Shown: piece by piece, positions 10,111-20,238 of the stretch | Position numbering within the stretch: position 1 is the first letter of the stretch | How the letters are laid out: each line of letters starts with the position of its first letter | From: an uncultured Caulobacteraceae bacterium | GTDB lineage: Bacteria; Pseudomonadota; Alphaproteobacteria; Caulobacterales; Caulobacteraceae | Direction of reading: 5' to 3' | NCBI GenBank assembly: GCA_964244065.1 | Contig: CAXTHH010000002.1 | Location: 327,199-391,198 of the forward strand | Length of the DNA stretch: 64,000 bases | Program-made: the position numbers and the translations under genes | Notes under the pieces: model-generated | Databases searched by the model: none | The model's input: the letters and a program-made list of their open reading frames with translations, nothing else | Told to the model about the DNA's origin: nothing

Positions 10111-10246
10111 GAATCCCTCTCGGGAAAAGGTTGCGGCGGTAGGGTGTTCAGCCCGCGGCCCTGGTGAGCCGCCCCGTCGCGAGGCCGCGGCATCTAGGAC
10201 GCCGCCGCCCCCCGGTCAAGCGCCGAGTCCGCGCCGGAGCTTGGGC

Positions 10247-10726
10247 TCAGCGCTCCTCCTCGTCTTCGCCGGGCAGCGCAATGTCGTCCCCCTCGATGTC
10301 GGCGTCCTCGTCCTCCAGGAAGGGCACGTCGTCGGCCTCCTCCTCCTCGTCGGCGACCACGTCGGCCTCCTCGTCATAGTCCACGCCGAGGTCGGCGTCG
10401 GGCTCGGCCGGCGCGGCGACCCCGCCTTCGGCGTCGTCGTCGTCCGCGGCGGCGGGGTCGGGCTCGTCGGCTGCCTCGTCGATCTCGGGCGTGGCCTCCG
10501 CCTCCTCCTCGAACGCCTCGGTCTCCTCGTCGCGGACGGGCTTGGCCTCCGTCTCCTCGAAGTCGCGCACGGCGGCGCGCGGACGGGCGCGGCGGCTCTT
10601 CAGGGCTTCCTCGGGGTCGAACTCGAACTCGCACTTGGGGCAGTGGGCCGGGCGCTTGGCGAGATCGTAGAACTTGGTCTGGCAGTTCGGGCAGATCTGC
10701 TTCTGCCCGAGGGCGGGGTCGGCCAA
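10247..10726 (-). CDS. TIGR02300-type (FYDLN_acid) zinc-ribbon protein with acidic tail
   Basis: Distal part of ORF 10247..11227(-). With a TTG start at 10726 it reads (M)ADPALGQKQICPNCQTKFYDLAKRPAHCPKCEFEFDPEE, followed by a long Asp/Glu-rich tail. The start codon choice is inferred. Confidence 0.7.
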   Translation of the reverse strand: MADPALGQKQICPNCQTKFYDLAKRPAHCPKCEFEFDPEEALKSRRARPRAAVRDFEETEAKPVRDEETEAFEEEAEATPEIDEAADEPDPAAADDDDAEGGVAAPAEPDADLGVDYDEEADVVADEEEEADDVPFLEDEDADIEGDDIALPGEDEEER

Positions 10727-10802
10727 AGGAGCCTCGAAGGTCCGGGGGTAAAAGCGGCGGGCTCCTTGCCACGCTGGCGCCCCGGCTGTCAAAGCGCCGC
10801 AC

Positions 10803-12128
10803 GTGGCCGCCGAAGCACCCTCCGTCCTCCTCGCCCGGCCGGGCCGACCCCTGCGTGGACGGGTGCGCGCCCCGGGGGACAAGTCGATCTCGCACCGGGC
10901 GCTGATCCTCGGCGCCCTGGCGAGCGGCCGCACGGAGGCGACGGGGCTCCTGGAGGGGGCCGACGTGCTCGCCACCGCCGCCGCCATGCGCGCGTTCGGC
11001 GCCGAGGTCTCCCGGCTCGGCGGGGGGCGCTGGGCGGTGGAAGGCCGTGGCGGCTTCGCGGAGCCGCCCGAGGTGATCGACTGCGGCAACGCCGGCACCG
11101 CCGTGCGGCTGATCCTGGGGGCGGCCGCCGCCTTCCCGCTCTCGGCCACCTTCACCGGCGACGCCTCGCTGCGCGGGCGACCCATGGGCCGGGTGGTCGA
11201 GCCGCTGGAGCGCATGGGCGCGCGCACGCTGGGGCGGGCCGGCGGGCGCCTGCCGCTGACCCTGGCGGGCGGCGGCCTCGTCGGCCTCGACTACGCCCTG
11301 CCGACGCCCTCCGCCCAGGTGAAGTCGGCGGTGCTGCTGGCCGGGCTGGGGGCGCAGGGCGAGACGGTGGTGCGCGAGCCGGAGCCCACGCGCGACCACA
11401 CCGAGCGCATGCTCCGCGCCTTCGGCGCCGCCGTGGAGGTGGAGGACGCCCCCGGGGGCGGCCGCACGGCGCGCGTGCGCGGCGGCGTGCGGCTGAGGGG
11501 CGCGAGCGTGACGGTGCCCGGCGACCCCTCGTCCGCCGCCTTCCCGCTCGTCGCCGGCCTGCTCGTGCCGGGGTCGGAGGTGACGGTGGAGGGCGTGCTG
11601 CTCAACCCGCTGCGCACCGGCCTCTACGACACCCTGCGCGAGATGGGGGCCGACCTGCGCGTGGAGGCGGCCCGGGAGTCCGGCGGCGAGCCGGTGGGCG
11701 ACCTCGTCGCGCGCGCCTCCCCGCTCCGCGGCGTGGTCGTGCCCCCCCAGCGGGCGCCGTCGATGATCGACGAGTACCCCGTGCTGGCCGTCGCCGCCGC
11801 GTTCGCGGAGGGCGAGACCGTGATGCGCGGCGTCGGCGAGCTGCGCGTGAAGGAGAGCGACCGGATCGCGCTCACCGCGGCCCTGGTGCGCGCCTGCGGC
11901 GGCGAGTGCGAGGAGGAGCCGCAGGGGCTGGTCGTCCACGGCCGCGGCCGCCCGCTTCCCGGCGGGGCGCGGGTGCGGACGCGGGGCGACCACCGCATCG
12001 CCATGAGCGCGCTGGTGCTGGGCCTGGCGGCCGAGCGCGAGGTGGGCGTGGACGAGGCCGGGATGATCGCGACGAGCTTCCCGGGCTTCGCCGAGCTGAT
12101 GCGCGGGCTGGGCGCGGACCTGGGCTGA
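10803..12128 (+). CDS. aroA: 3-phosphoshikimate 1-carboxyvinyltransferase (EPSP synthase)
   Basis: ORF 10803..12128 with a GTG start. It carries [32 protein letters not shown] and RVKESDRI motifs. Confidence 0.93.
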   Translation: MAAEAPSVLLARPGRPLRGRVRAPGDKSISHRALILGALASGRTEATGLLEGADVLATAAAMRAFGAEVSRLGGGRWAVEGRGGFAEPPEVIDCGNAGTAVRLILGAAAAFPLSATFTGDASLRGRPMGRVVEPLERMGARTLGRAGGRLPLTLAGGGLVGLDYALPTPSAQVKSAVLLAGLGAQGETVVREPEPTRDHTERMLRAFGAAVEVEDAPGGGRTARVRGGVRLRGASVTVPGDPSSAAFPLVAGLLVPGSEVTVEGVLLNPLRTGLYDTLREMGADLRVEAARESGGEPVGDLVARASPLRGVVVPPQRAPSMIDEYPVLAVAAAFAEGETVMRGVGELRVKESDRIALTAALVRACGGECEEEPQGLVVHGRGRPLPGGARVRTRGDHRIAMSALVLGLAAEREVGVDEAGMIATSFPGFAELMRGLGADLG

Positions 12129-12182
12129 CCGCAAGAGGGGTGGGGAGTCTCCACTCGTCGAACGGCGCGGCGGGGTAGCCGC

Positions 12183-12968
12183 TCAGCCCCGCCGGCGCCG
12201 CGGCAGCGACCAGGCGCGGAACGGCTCGAACGCCGACCCCGCCCAGCCCTGGGCGGTGACCTCCACCGTGTCGTCCGTCCAGGTGATCGTGTTGAAACCG
12301 GGCGGCGCGCCCCGGGTGCGCACGCTCAGCGTGCCGGCGCCCACGGCGTAGGTCAGGCCGTCGCCGGCGGCCAGCGGCACGGCGAAGGGGGTGTGCACGT
12401 GGCCGGTCAGGATCAGGTCCACCCCGCGCTCGGCCATGAGCGCGGCGGCCAGCTCGCCCCGGTGCACGCCGCCGGAGACGGGGGCGCCCGTGGCCTCGAC
12501 CAGCGGGTGGTGGCAGCTGACGATGCGCAGGCCGTCGGGGGCGGCGGCCTCCAGCTCGTGGGCGGCCCCCTTGCAGACGCCGAGGTCGATGGCGCCCTTG
12601 CTCCAGTCCGGCCGGGGCTGGGCGCCGCGGGAGGTGTTGATCATCCTCACCGCGAAACCCTCGCCGTCGTGCGCGCCCGAGAAGGGGTCGCCCACCCAGC
12701 GGCTATAGCGCGCGAAGGGCGTCAGGGCGCGGAGCAGCAGGTTCCAGTAGGGCGTGTCGTGGTTGCCGGGGGTGTGCAGCAGGGGGCGGGGCAGCCGGTC
12801 CAGCCATCCGCGTCCCGCGATGAACTCGCGGGGCAGGCCGTTCAGCGTCAGGTCGCCGCTGAACACCACCAGCGCGGGCGCCCAGGCGGCGGCGAACTCC
12901 AGGGCGGCGGCGGTGGGCGCCGGGTCCTCGCCGCCCCAGTGCACGTCGGTGAGGTGCAGGATGCGCAT
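12183..12968 (-). CDS. calcineurin-like metallophosphoesterase
   Basis: Inner ATG of ORF 12183..13511(-). It carries MRILHLTDVHWG, VVFSGDLT, GNHD and GHVHTP metallophosphoesterase motifs. Confidence 0.85.
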   Translation of the reverse strand: MRILHLTDVHWGGEDPAPTAAALEFAAAWAPALVVFSGDLTLNGLPREFIAGRGWLDRLPRPLLHTPGNHDTPYWNLLLRALTPFARYSRWVGDPFSGAHDGEGFAVRMINTSRGAQPRPDWSKGAIDLGVCKGAAHELEAAAPDGLRIVSCHHPLVEATGAPVSGGVHRGELAAALMAERGVDLILTGHVHTPFAVPLAAGDGLTYAVGAGTLSVRTRGAPPGFNTITWTDDTVEVTAQGWAGSAFEPFRAWSLPRRRRG

Positions 12969-13981
12969 CAGCCGCCCGCCTCGCCGGCCGCCGCCTGGGC
13001 GGCGGTGTCGATGGCGGCGGCCTGCTCGCGCGCCTGCCGCTCGCCCGCGGCCGCGGACGCGGGTTCCACCTCCGGCAGGTAGAGGGCGCGGAAGGCGGCC
13101 GGGCGGTGGCGGATCAGGGCGCCCGGGGGCAGGGGGCGGGCCTCGCCGTCCAGCACCGCGGGCGTGCGGCGATGGCGGCCGCGCAGGCGCACCTCGCGGG
13201 CCGCGCCGGCCTCCACGGCCGAGTCGAGCCGCCAGTCGCCCAGAAGATCGGCCAGCAGCGTGCGGGCGCCCAGCCGCAGGGCGTCCGCCGCGCCGCGCGG
13301 GTTCAGCGCCGCCACGTCCAACGCGTCGTCGGTGGACATGACGCGGGAGACCAGCGGGCACATGATGCTCAGCGCCTCCGCCTTCCGCTCGGGCCCCCCG
13401 TCCAGCCGGTAGCGGAGGCGGCGGGAGAAGGCGCGGCCCAGCGCCACCCGCGCGGCGCGCCAGGCCTGGCGCAGCCGGCCCTTGCGCACCGCCTCGCGCG
13501 CGGGCTGCCACAGGGCGGGGGCGCCGACGATGGCGGCGCAGAAGAAGAGCTGGCCGTCCACCTCGCCGCCGCTGACGGGCTTCACCTCGCCGCGGGCCAG
13601 CGCCTCGGTCAGCGCCTCCGGCCAGGGGCGGCGGCCGAACAGGGCGTAAGGCAGCATGTTCATCGTGCCCCCGGGGAGGGGCGCGACCACGGGGCCGTCC
13701 GGCCCGGCGAGCTGGCAGGCGAGGCGGGCGGTGCCGTCGCCCGCGAGCGTGATCAGCAGGTCAGGCTTGGCCGCCACCGCCTCGCGCAGGGCGAGGTCGA
13801 TCTCGGCGGGCCGGCAGTCGGCGACGTGCGCCTCCAGCCCGTGCTCGGCCAGCAGCGTCTCCAGCTGTCGCGCGGCGCCCGGGCTCACCCCGCCGGACGC
13901 CCCGTTCACCACCGCCCGCACCCGGCGCACGCCGACGAGCGCGGCGGAGAAGGCCGCGGGGGCGTGCGCATCGTCGGGCAT
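12968..13981 (-). CDS. diacylglycerol/lipid kinase family protein (YegS/BmrU-like)
   Basis: ORF 12968..14008(-) with likely start MPDDAHAP at 13981. It contains LLITLAGDGTARL and PLPGGTMNML motifs. Its stop overlaps the downstream start by 1 nt (TGATG). Confidence 0.8.
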   Translation of the reverse strand: MPDDAHAPAAFSAALVGVRRVRAVVNGASGGVSPGAARQLETLLAEHGLEAHVADCRPAEIDLALREAVAAKPDLLITLAGDGTARLACQLAGPDGPVVAPLPGGTMNMLPYALFGRRPWPEALTEALARGEVKPVSGGEVDGQLFFCAAIVGAPALWQPAREAVRKGRLRQAWRAARVALGRAFSRRLRYRLDGGPERKAEALSIMCPLVSRVMSTDDALDVAALNPRGAADALRLGARTLLADLLGDWRLDSAVEAGAAREVRLRGRHRRTPAVLDGEARPLPPGALIRHRPAAFRALYLPEVEPASAAAGERQAREQAAAIDTAAQAAAGEAGG

Positions 13982-14163
13982 GGCGGGCGAACGTGGTGCG
14001 GAAACCACAGGTTCCGCCGCACGCGCCGGTTCGGCCCGGCGATGCGAGGCCGGGTGTCCACAGGCTCACTTCAAGCCCTCGACAAGCCGGCGAACCCGGC
14101 GCAAACGCCCGCCCCCCGCGGGTCCCTCCCGCGGAAGTCCCGCGTACCCTGTCGAGAGTTCCC

Positions 14164-15468
14164 ATGCGTCGCGTCCAGCTTCTCTCCTCCGCCGCGAGCC
14201 TCGCGGCGGCGCTCCTCGCCGCCTCCGCCGCGCAGGCCGGCGGCTTCTACGTCCAGGAACAGTCGGCCAAGGGCCTGGGCCGCGCCTACTCGGGCGAGGC
14301 GGCCGACACGGGCGCCGACAGCCTGTGGTGGAACCCCGCCGCGATCGGCTCGATCACCGGCAGGGAGATCTACAGCGGCCTGCACATCATCGACGTGGAG
14401 GCCGGCGTCAGCGACACGGGATCCACCCTGCGTCGCCCGACGCTTCCGGGCGTCGCCCTGCCCGTGGGCGGCGAGCCCCGCGCCTACAACCCGGTGAAGC
14501 TGGGCGTGGTGCCGAACCTGGCCGCGGCCTGGCGCGTGAACGACCGCATCGCCGTGGGCCTGGCGGTGAACGCGCCCTTCGACTTCATCACCCGCTACAG
14601 CTCGTCGAGCTGGACGCGCTACAGCGCGATCAAGTCGCGGCTCCTGAACATCGACGTGCAGCCCACCGTGGCGATCCACGTGAACGACAAGCTGGACCTG
14701 GGCGCGGGCCTGGACATCTCCTACGCCGACGCGACGCTCACCAACGCGCTGCCGAACCTCTCGCCGGCGCTGCCCGACGGGCGGCAGGACCTGCGCGGCG
14801 ACGGGTGGGACCTCGGCTACGTCGTCGGTGCGCAGTACCGGCCCGTCCGCCGCCTGACCCTGGCCGCCTCCTACCGCTCGAAGATCGACCACGAGCTGGA
14901 CGGCCGCGTGCGCGTGAACGCCCTGGCCGGCACGCCGGCGGCGATCAACCTGGACACCCCGGGCGTCGCCAGCTTCTCCACCCCGTGGATCGCCACCTTC
15001 GGCGCGCGCTACGCCCTCACGGACAGGCTGACGCTGAACGCCCAGGTCCAGCGCCTCGGCTGGAGCGAGTTCGACGCGATCCGCGTCACCTACACCGGCG
15101 GCGGCTCCGTCACCCCGCAGGGCTACGAGGACGTGACCAACGTCTCGCTGGGCGCCGACTACGCCGTCACGCCGGACTGGACGGTGCGCGCGGGCGTGCA
15201 GGTGGACGAGACGCCGACCCCCGACGTGGGCCGCACCGCCCGCGTGCCGGACGGCGACCGCGTGCTGATCGGCGCGGGCACGTCGTTCAAGGTCGGCCCG
15301 CGGCTCTCCTTCGATCTGGCCGGCGGCTACATCCACTTCGACGACAGCCGCATCAACTCCACCGAGACCGCCTTCCCGGGCACGGCGGCCGCGATCGCCG
15401 TGTCGAACCAGGGACGGGTGGAGGGCGCCGGCTACGTGCTCTCCGCCGGTGCGCACCTGCGGTTCTGA
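14164..15468 (+). CDS. OmpP1/FadL/TodX-family outer-membrane hydrophobic-compound channel
   Basis: Inner ATG of ORF 13993..15468. It has the signal peptide MRRVQLLSSAASLAAALLAASAAQA, then GGFYVQEQSAKGLGRAYSGEAA, and ends in the aromatic residue F (...AGAHLRF). Confidence 0.85.
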   Translation: MRRVQLLSSAASLAAALLAASAAQAGGFYVQEQSAKGLGRAYSGEAADTGADSLWWNPAAIGSITGREIYSGLHIIDVEAGVSDTGSTLRRPTLPGVALPVGGEPRAYNPVKLGVVPNLAAAWRVNDRIAVGLAVNAPFDFITRYSSSSWTRYSAIKSRLLNIDVQPTVAIHVNDKLDLGAGLDISYADATLTNALPNLSPALPDGRQDLRGDGWDLGYVVGAQYRPVRRLTLAASYRSKIDHELDGRVRVNALAGTPAAINLDTPGVASFSTPWIATFGARYALTDRLTLNAQVQRLGWSEFDAIRVTYTGGGSVTPQGYEDVTNVSLGADYAVTPDWTVRAGVQVDETPTPDVGRTARVPDGDRVLIGAGTSFKVGPRLSFDLAGGYIHFDDSRINSTETAFPGTAAAIAVSNQGRVEGAGYVLSAGAHLRF

Positions 15469-15532
15469 GCCGGGCGGCGCGGGGAACCTTGGCCGTAAAG
15501 GTCGCGTTTCCCCTTCCGGTGTGGAGAGCGTG

Positions 15533-16015
15533 ATGATGGTCGGGCGGCGGACGGTGCGGACGGCGGCGATGATGGGCGTGGTGCTGGCCGCGGCGGGGCT
15601 GTCGCTGGCCGGCTGCGGCAGCCTGGGCGGCTCGGCGCCGGCGCCCGGTCGCGCCGCGGTGAGCGGTCGCTGCGCCGACGAGAGCTTCCCCATCTACTTC
15701 GCCCGGGGCTCGGCCGAGCTGACGGAGCCCGCGCGCACCGTCATCGCGTCGGCGTCCAGCCGCATCGCGGGCTGCCGGATCACCGCGGTGGACGTGCGCG
15801 GCATCTCCCTGCCCGACGAGGCGGGGGCGCGCGCCGACGCCGCCATCACCCAGAGCCGGGCGGACAACGTGGCGCGGGCGCTCGCCGCCGCGGGCCTGCC
15901 CGCCCCGGCGTTCGACGTCCAGATCGCGGGCTCCAGCCGCCCGCCCATGCGCCCCAATCGCCGCGAGCCCCTGGCCCGCCGCACGGAAGTCGTGCTGCAC
16001 GCCACGCCGGCCTGA
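15533..16015 (+). CDS. OmpA-like domain lipoprotein
   Basis: Inner ATG of ORF 15449..16015. It has a lipobox (LSLAGC) and an OmpA C-terminal-like segment: IYFARGSAELTEPARTVI...RADNVARALAAAGL. Confidence 0.65.
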   Translation: MMVGRRTVRTAAMMGVVLAAAGLSLAGCGSLGGSAPAPGRAAVSGRCADESFPIYFARGSAELTEPARTVIASASSRIAGCRITAVDVRGISLPDEAGARADAAITQSRADNVARALAAAGLPAPAFDVQIAGSSRPPMRPNRREPLARRTEVVLHATPA

Positions 16016-16033
16016 GCGACCGACCGCCCGTCA

Positions 16034-16125
16034 TCCTCGGGCTCGACCCGAGGACCGGGCGCGGATTGCGGCTCCACCTATCCGGACGCGCGCCGGCGGC
16101 TCGGCCCTCGGGTCAAGCCCGAGGG
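16034..16125. repeat. two REP-like hairpins (TCCTCGGG-N6-CCGAGGA and CCCTCGGG-TCAAG-CCCGAGGG)
   Basis: The palindromes are read directly at 16034-16054 and 16105-16125. The TCAAGCCCGAGG core recurs at 38911-38923. Confidence 0.7.
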
Positions 16126-16200
16126 ATGCGGCGAGGGGGAGGCCGTGTCGTGAAGGCGACCGGGCCGCTCCGGTGTGGACCCGGTCCGGCGACGCCAGGC

Positions 16201-17292
16201 TCAGCCCTGGTGCAGGCCGCGCCACAGGTCCATGCGCCGCATGGCCTTGCCCGGCAGGTGCGAGAAGCGGCCCAGCGGCAGGCTCTCCGCCGCGCGCCGC
16301 ACGCGGTACTGCGCCCAGCGTCCGGCCAGCGCCGCCGAGGCGCGGCCCGCGAAGCCGTGGCCCACGGGGCGCGAGGCGTTCGCCAGGCTGGTCTTGAAGC
16401 GATAGGCGCCGGGTCCGAGGTCGAACTCGCGCATCCCGCGCGCCGCCGCCCAGCGCAGCATCTCCACAATCAGGATCACGCCCGGGGAGTGGCGCTGCGC
16501 CTCCTCGTCGTGCGCGATGAACCAGGCGTGCAGCACCGGCCCGTTGGTCAGGGCGATGTGCGTGGCCACCAGCCGGCCGTCGGCGTGCAGGGTGAACAGG
16601 TGCGCGCCGAACCGGTCGCCGGCCTCGTCGCGCAGGCGGTCCAGGAAGGCGGGCACCCAGGGCGTGGCGAAGATGTCGGTCTGGCGCGTGGCGCCGTACT
16701 GGGCGCGCTTCCACGCCACCGCCGTGTCCCAGTCCTCGCGCGAGGCGGACTGGGCGGTGAAGACGGCGGCGCCCACCTCCTTCTCCAGCCGGCGCTTCTT
16801 CTTGGCCGTGTCGGCCAGGATGTTGGAGCCGGCCGCCTTGCGCTCGGCGGCGTAGGCGTCGAACCCGTTCGCCAGGTCGATGATGTGCGACTCCCCGAAC
16901 ACGCGCAGATGCGCCCCCAGGCCGGGGCTGTCGGTCAGCGTGTTGTACAGGTCCAGCCGCTGCACGCGCAGGGCGCGGGCGAGGTCGGCGGCGTCCACGC
17001 GCACGCCCTCCTCGGCCACCACGGCCTGGTAGTCGCAGAGCGGCGCGCCGAGCGGCAGGGCGGTGAACGGCCCGGCGCGCACGGGGAAGAAGCCCGCCGG
17101 CCGGCCCCCGTCCTGGCGCAGCACGGCCACGCGGCCGCTGCGCGCGTCGGGCCCGCCCGAGCGCGCCAGCGTCAGCGCCCACTCGGGAGCGAGGTAGGGC
17201 GAGCCCATGTGCGGCCGGGCCGCCTGGATCGCGCGCCAGGCGTCCAGCTCGGCGGGGCCGAGGTCCAGCGGGCGCACGACGTCGATCTTCAT
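16201..17292 (-). CDS. GNAT-fold acetyltransferase, CelD/BcsL (FemAB-like) family
   Basis: ORF 16201..17331(-) with likely start MKIDVVRPLDLGPAELDAWRAI. The C-terminal half (HAWFIAHDEEAQRHSPGVILIVEMLRWAAARGMREFDLGPG) is typical of the CelD-like acetyltransferase family. Confidence 0.75.
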   Translation of the reverse strand: MKIDVVRPLDLGPAELDAWRAIQAARPHMGSPYLAPEWALTLARSGGPDARSGRVAVLRQDGGRPAGFFPVRAGPFTALPLGAPLCDYQAVVAEEGVRVDAADLARALRVQRLDLYNTLTDSPGLGAHLRVFGESHIIDLANGFDAYAAERKAAGSNILADTAKKKRRLEKEVGAAVFTAQSASREDWDTAVAWKRAQYGATRQTDIFATPWVPAFLDRLRDEAGDRFGAHLFTLHADGRLVATHIALTNGPVLHAWFIAHDEEAQRHSPGVILIVEMLRWAAARGMREFDLGPGAYRFKTSLANASRPVGHGFAGRASAALAGRWAQYRVRRAAESLPLGRFSHLPGKAMRRMDLWRGLHQG

Positions 17293-17339
17293 GGGGCTGC
17301 AGTACGCCCGACTGGTTGCCGTTCGGTTCACCGACGCGT

Positions 17340-17434
17340 CCGCTCATCCCCGCGAAAGCGGGGATCTCCGTCCATGAGGGCGCGACCAGGGCGCCCGAGC
17401 GGTGCGAGATCCCCGCCCTCGCGGGGATGAGCGG
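17340..17434. repeat. compound palindromic element: two ATCCCCGC-N4-GCGGGGAT hairpins in inverted orientation
   Basis: Hairpins are at 17346-17365 and 17409-17428. The outer arms CCGCTCATCCCCGC and GCGGGGATGAGCGG pair with each other. The element fills the gap downstream of rimO. Confidence 0.75.
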
Positions 17435-17440
17435 AACCGA

Positions 17441-18841
17441 TCAGCGGCGGGAGATCACGCGGTGCAGCCGCCGGGGTGGGGCGGCGAGGCCGGCGGCGGG
17501 CCCGTCGAGCGCGACGGCGTGCAGGTCGAAGGCGTCGGTGCGCTCCACGCGCACCCGGGCCAGCTCGCCCGCGCGCAGGTGCCCCGCGCCCCGGACATGG
17601 ACCACGCCGTCCACCTCCGGGGCGTCCGCCTCGGTGCGGGCCACGGCCGTGCCGTCCGGGCGCACGGCGTCGACCAGCACGGGCAGGGTGCGCCCGACCT
17701 TGGCGCGCAGCTTGTCGCGGCTGAGGCGGGCGGCGAGGGTCATCAGCCGCTCGCGCCGCGCCTGCTTGACCGGCTCGGGCACGTGGTCGGGCAGGGCGTT
17801 CGCGGCGGCTCCGCGCACGTCCTCGTAGGCGAAGGCCCCCACGCGATCGAGCCTGGCCTCCTCCAGCCAGCTCAGCAGGTGCTCGAACTCGGCCTCGGTC
17901 TCGCCGGGGAAGCCCACCACGAAGGTGGAGCGGACCACCAGCTCGGGCTGGACCGCGCGCCAGCGGGCCAGGCGCTCCAGGGTGCGGTCGGCGGCGGCGG
18001 GGCGGCGCATGCGCTTCAGCACGGCCGGGTGGGCGTGCTGGAAGGGGATGTCGAGGTAGGGCAGCAGGGCGCCCGGCCGCATCAGCGGGATCACCTTGTC
18101 CACGTGCGGGTAGGGGTAGACATAGTGCAGCCGCACCCACACGCCGAGCTCGGACAGGCCCTCCGCCAGGCCCAGCAGGTCGCCGGAGCGCTCGCGCCCG
18201 CGCCACACGCCCGGGGCGTAGCGGCGGTCCAGGCCGTAGGCGCTGGTGTCCTGGCTCACCACCAGGATCTCCTTCACGCCCGCCTCGACCAGCGCCTCCG
18301 CCTCGCGCAGCACCTCGTCGACGGGGCGGGAGGAGAGGGGGCCGCGCAGGGCGGGGATGATGCAGAAGCTGCACCTGTGGTCACAGCCCTCGCCGATCTT
18401 CAGGTAGGCGAAGTGCCGGGGCGTCAGCTTCAGGCCGGCCGCGGGCATGGGCGTCAGCTCGGCGAAGGGCTCGGCCGAGATGGTCTGCGGCGCGTGCCGG
18501 CGCACCGCCTCGGCCACCGCGTCATAGGCGTGGGCGCCCGTCACCGCCGCGACGCCCGGCACGGCGGCCCGGATGGTGGCCTCCTCGGCGCCCAGGCAGC
18601 CTGTGACGATCACCGGCTTGCCGCTGGCGTGCGCCTCGGCGATCGCCTCGAGGCTCTCGGCCCGAGCGCTGTCGAGGAAGGCGCAGGTGTTCACCACCAC
18701 CGCGTCCGCGCCCTCGTAGGTGGCGCTGGTGGCGTAGCCCTCGCCCCGCAGGCGCGTGAGGATGCGCTCGCTGTCGACCAGCGCCTTGGGGCAGCCCAGG
18801 CTGACCATCCCCACCGTCTTGCGTTGCGCGGTCCCGCTCAT
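17441..18841 (-). CDS. rimO: ribosomal protein S12 methylthiotransferase
   Basis: Inner ATG of ORF 17441..18922(-), starting [31 protein letters not shown]. It has the radical-SAM motif [11 protein letters not shown] and a TRAM-like C-terminus. Confidence 0.92.
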   Translation of the reverse strand: MSGTAQRKTVGMVSLGCPKALVDSERILTRLRGEGYATSATYEGADAVVVNTCAFLDSARAESLEAIAEAHASGKPVIVTGCLGAEEATIRAAVPGVAAVTGAHAYDAVAEAVRRHAPQTISAEPFAELTPMPAAGLKLTPRHFAYLKIGEGCDHRCSFCIIPALRGPLSSRPVDEVLREAEALVEAGVKEILVVSQDTSAYGLDRRYAPGVWRGRERSGDLLGLAEGLSELGVWVRLHYVYPYPHVDKVIPLMRPGALLPYLDIPFQHAHPAVLKRMRRPAAADRTLERLARWRAVQPELVVRSTFVVGFPGETEAEFEHLLSWLEEARLDRVGAFAYEDVRGAAANALPDHVPEPVKQARRERLMTLAARLSRDKLRAKVGRTLPVLVDAVRPDGTAVARTEADAPEVDGVVHVRGAGHLRAGELARVRVERTDAFDLHAVALDGPAAGLAAPPRRLHRVISRR

Positions 18842-18966
18842 CGTCCGTCCCGTCGAGGGCGGGGCGTCTAGCAGATCGGCGCCGCGGACGCGACCGGAGC
18901 CCATCGCCAAGCTTGCGCGCAACCGGCCGGCCTCCCGGAGGTTAACGTGTGTGAATGGAGGTTCCC

Positions 18967-19368
18967 ATGCGCAAGCATCTCATGCTGGCCCTCGCGGGCG
19001 CGGCCCTCGTGGCCGCACCCGTGGCGGCCGAAGCCCAGAGCCGGGGCGGATACCGCGGCGGCGCCCGCGTCTCGGGCGGCGGGTACCGCGGCGGCGGCTA
19101 CGCCCGCGGCGGGTATGGCGGCTATCGGGGCGGCTACTACCGCGGCGGCTACGGTCGCGGCTATGGCTACGGGTATGGCGGCGGAGCCGTCGCGGGGGCG
19201 CTCCTGGGCGGCCTGGTGGTCGGCTCGGCCCTGTCGAACGGCTACTACGGCGGCGGGTATGGCGGGTACTACGGTCCCTCGTACTCCGGCGGGTACTATG
19301 CATACCCGACCTACTATGGCGGGTACCCCAGCTACTACGGGACGTACGGCTATCCCTACGGCTGGTGA
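18967..19368 (+). CDS. small secreted Gly/Tyr/Arg-rich low-complexity protein with a central Gly-zipper hydrophobic segment
   Basis: ORF 18955..19368 with likely start [24 protein letters not shown] (signal peptide). [11 protein letters not shown] repeats follow, then [16 protein letters not shown], then a Tyr/Gly-rich tail. Confidence 0.7.
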   Translation: MRKHLMLALAGAALVAAPVAAEAQSRGGYRGGARVSGGGYRGGGYARGGYGGYRGGYYRGGYGRGYGYGYGGGAVAGALLGGLVVGSALSNGYYGGGYGGYYGPSYSGGYYAYPTYYGGYPSYYGTYGYPYGW

Positions 19369-19374
19369 GCGGGC

Positions 19375-20238
19375 CTAGGCCGGCTCGAAGCTGAGCGGGC
19401 CGCCCCAGAACGCCTGGACGAGGGCGTTCTGGGGTCCGGGCCGGCCGGTGGTGAGGAAGACGCGGGCGCCCGCGTCGCCCACGGCGTACTCGGGGTGGCG
19501 GGCCAGGTAGCGGTCCAGCGCGTCTGCCACCGCCCGCGGCTGGTGGATCACCGGGGTGCCGGGGGCCAGCGCCTCGGCGAACAGGTCGGCGACGATCTCG
19601 TAGTGCGTGCAGCCCAGGACCGCCCGGTCGGGCGCGCGACCCACGCGGAGCGTCAGCGCCCGCACGTGGTCCGCGATCAGCGCGCGCATCTCCTCCTGCG
19701 GCGCCCCCGCCTCGATCATCGGCACGAGGCCGGGGCAGGGTTCGGAGAAGGCGGCGACGTCCTGCCGGCGCTTGTCGATCTCGATCTCGTAGACGCGGCT
19801 GGCGGCGGTGGCGCGGGTGGCGAACACGCCCACCACGTCGAGCCGCTCCAGCTTGTCGCCCCCTCTCCAGTCCGGTCGCCGCTCCGCCTCGTGCTCCCAG
19901 GGCAGGCCCGTGGCCGCCTCGATGGTGGGCACGATGCAGCCGAGCACGTTGACGGGCCGGCCGAGCTCCTTGCGCACGCCGGGCAGCCAGGTCTGCTGCA
20001 GGCGGCGCAGGGCGATGGCGCTGGCGGTGTTGCAGGCCAGGACCACCAGCGAGGCGCCCCGGTCGAACAGCGTGGCGCACGCCTCGCGCGTCAGCTCCAC
20101 GATCTCCTCGCCGGCCCGCCCGCCATAGGGGGCGTTCGCCTGGTCGGCGAGGTAGGTGAAATCCGCGCGCGGGAACCGCGCCACCAGCGCCCGGTGGATG
20201 GTCAGCCCGCCGACGCCGGAGTCGAAGACGCCGATCAC
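19375..20238 (-). CDS. murI: glutamate racemase
   Basis: GTG start within ORF 19375..20997(-), reading (M)IGVFDSGVGGLTIHRAL. It has the two catalytic Cys contexts VLACNTAS and LGCTHY. Confidence 0.9.
   Translation of the reverse strand: MIGVFDSGVGGLTIHRALVARFPRADFTYLADQANAPYGGRAGEEIVELTREACATLFDRGASLVVLACNTASAIALRRLQQTWLPGVRKELGRPVNVLGCIVPTIEAATGLPWEHEAERRPDWRGGDKLERLDVVGVFATRATAASRVYEIEIDKRRQDVAAFSEPCPGLVPMIEAGAPQEEMRALIADHVRALTLRVGRAPDRAVLGCTHYEIVADLFAEALAPGTPVIHQPRAVADALDRYLARHPEYAVGDAGARVFLTTGRPGPQNALVQAFWGGPLSFEPA

Noticed and set aside
16016-17440. Hairpin repeats flanking the CelD-like acetyltransferase gene, considered as a CRISPR array or as composite-transposon ends.
   Set aside because: The two flanks belong to different repeat families. 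There is no regular repeat-spacer periodicity, no cas gene and no transposase gene. They are better explained as REP-type intergenic elements.
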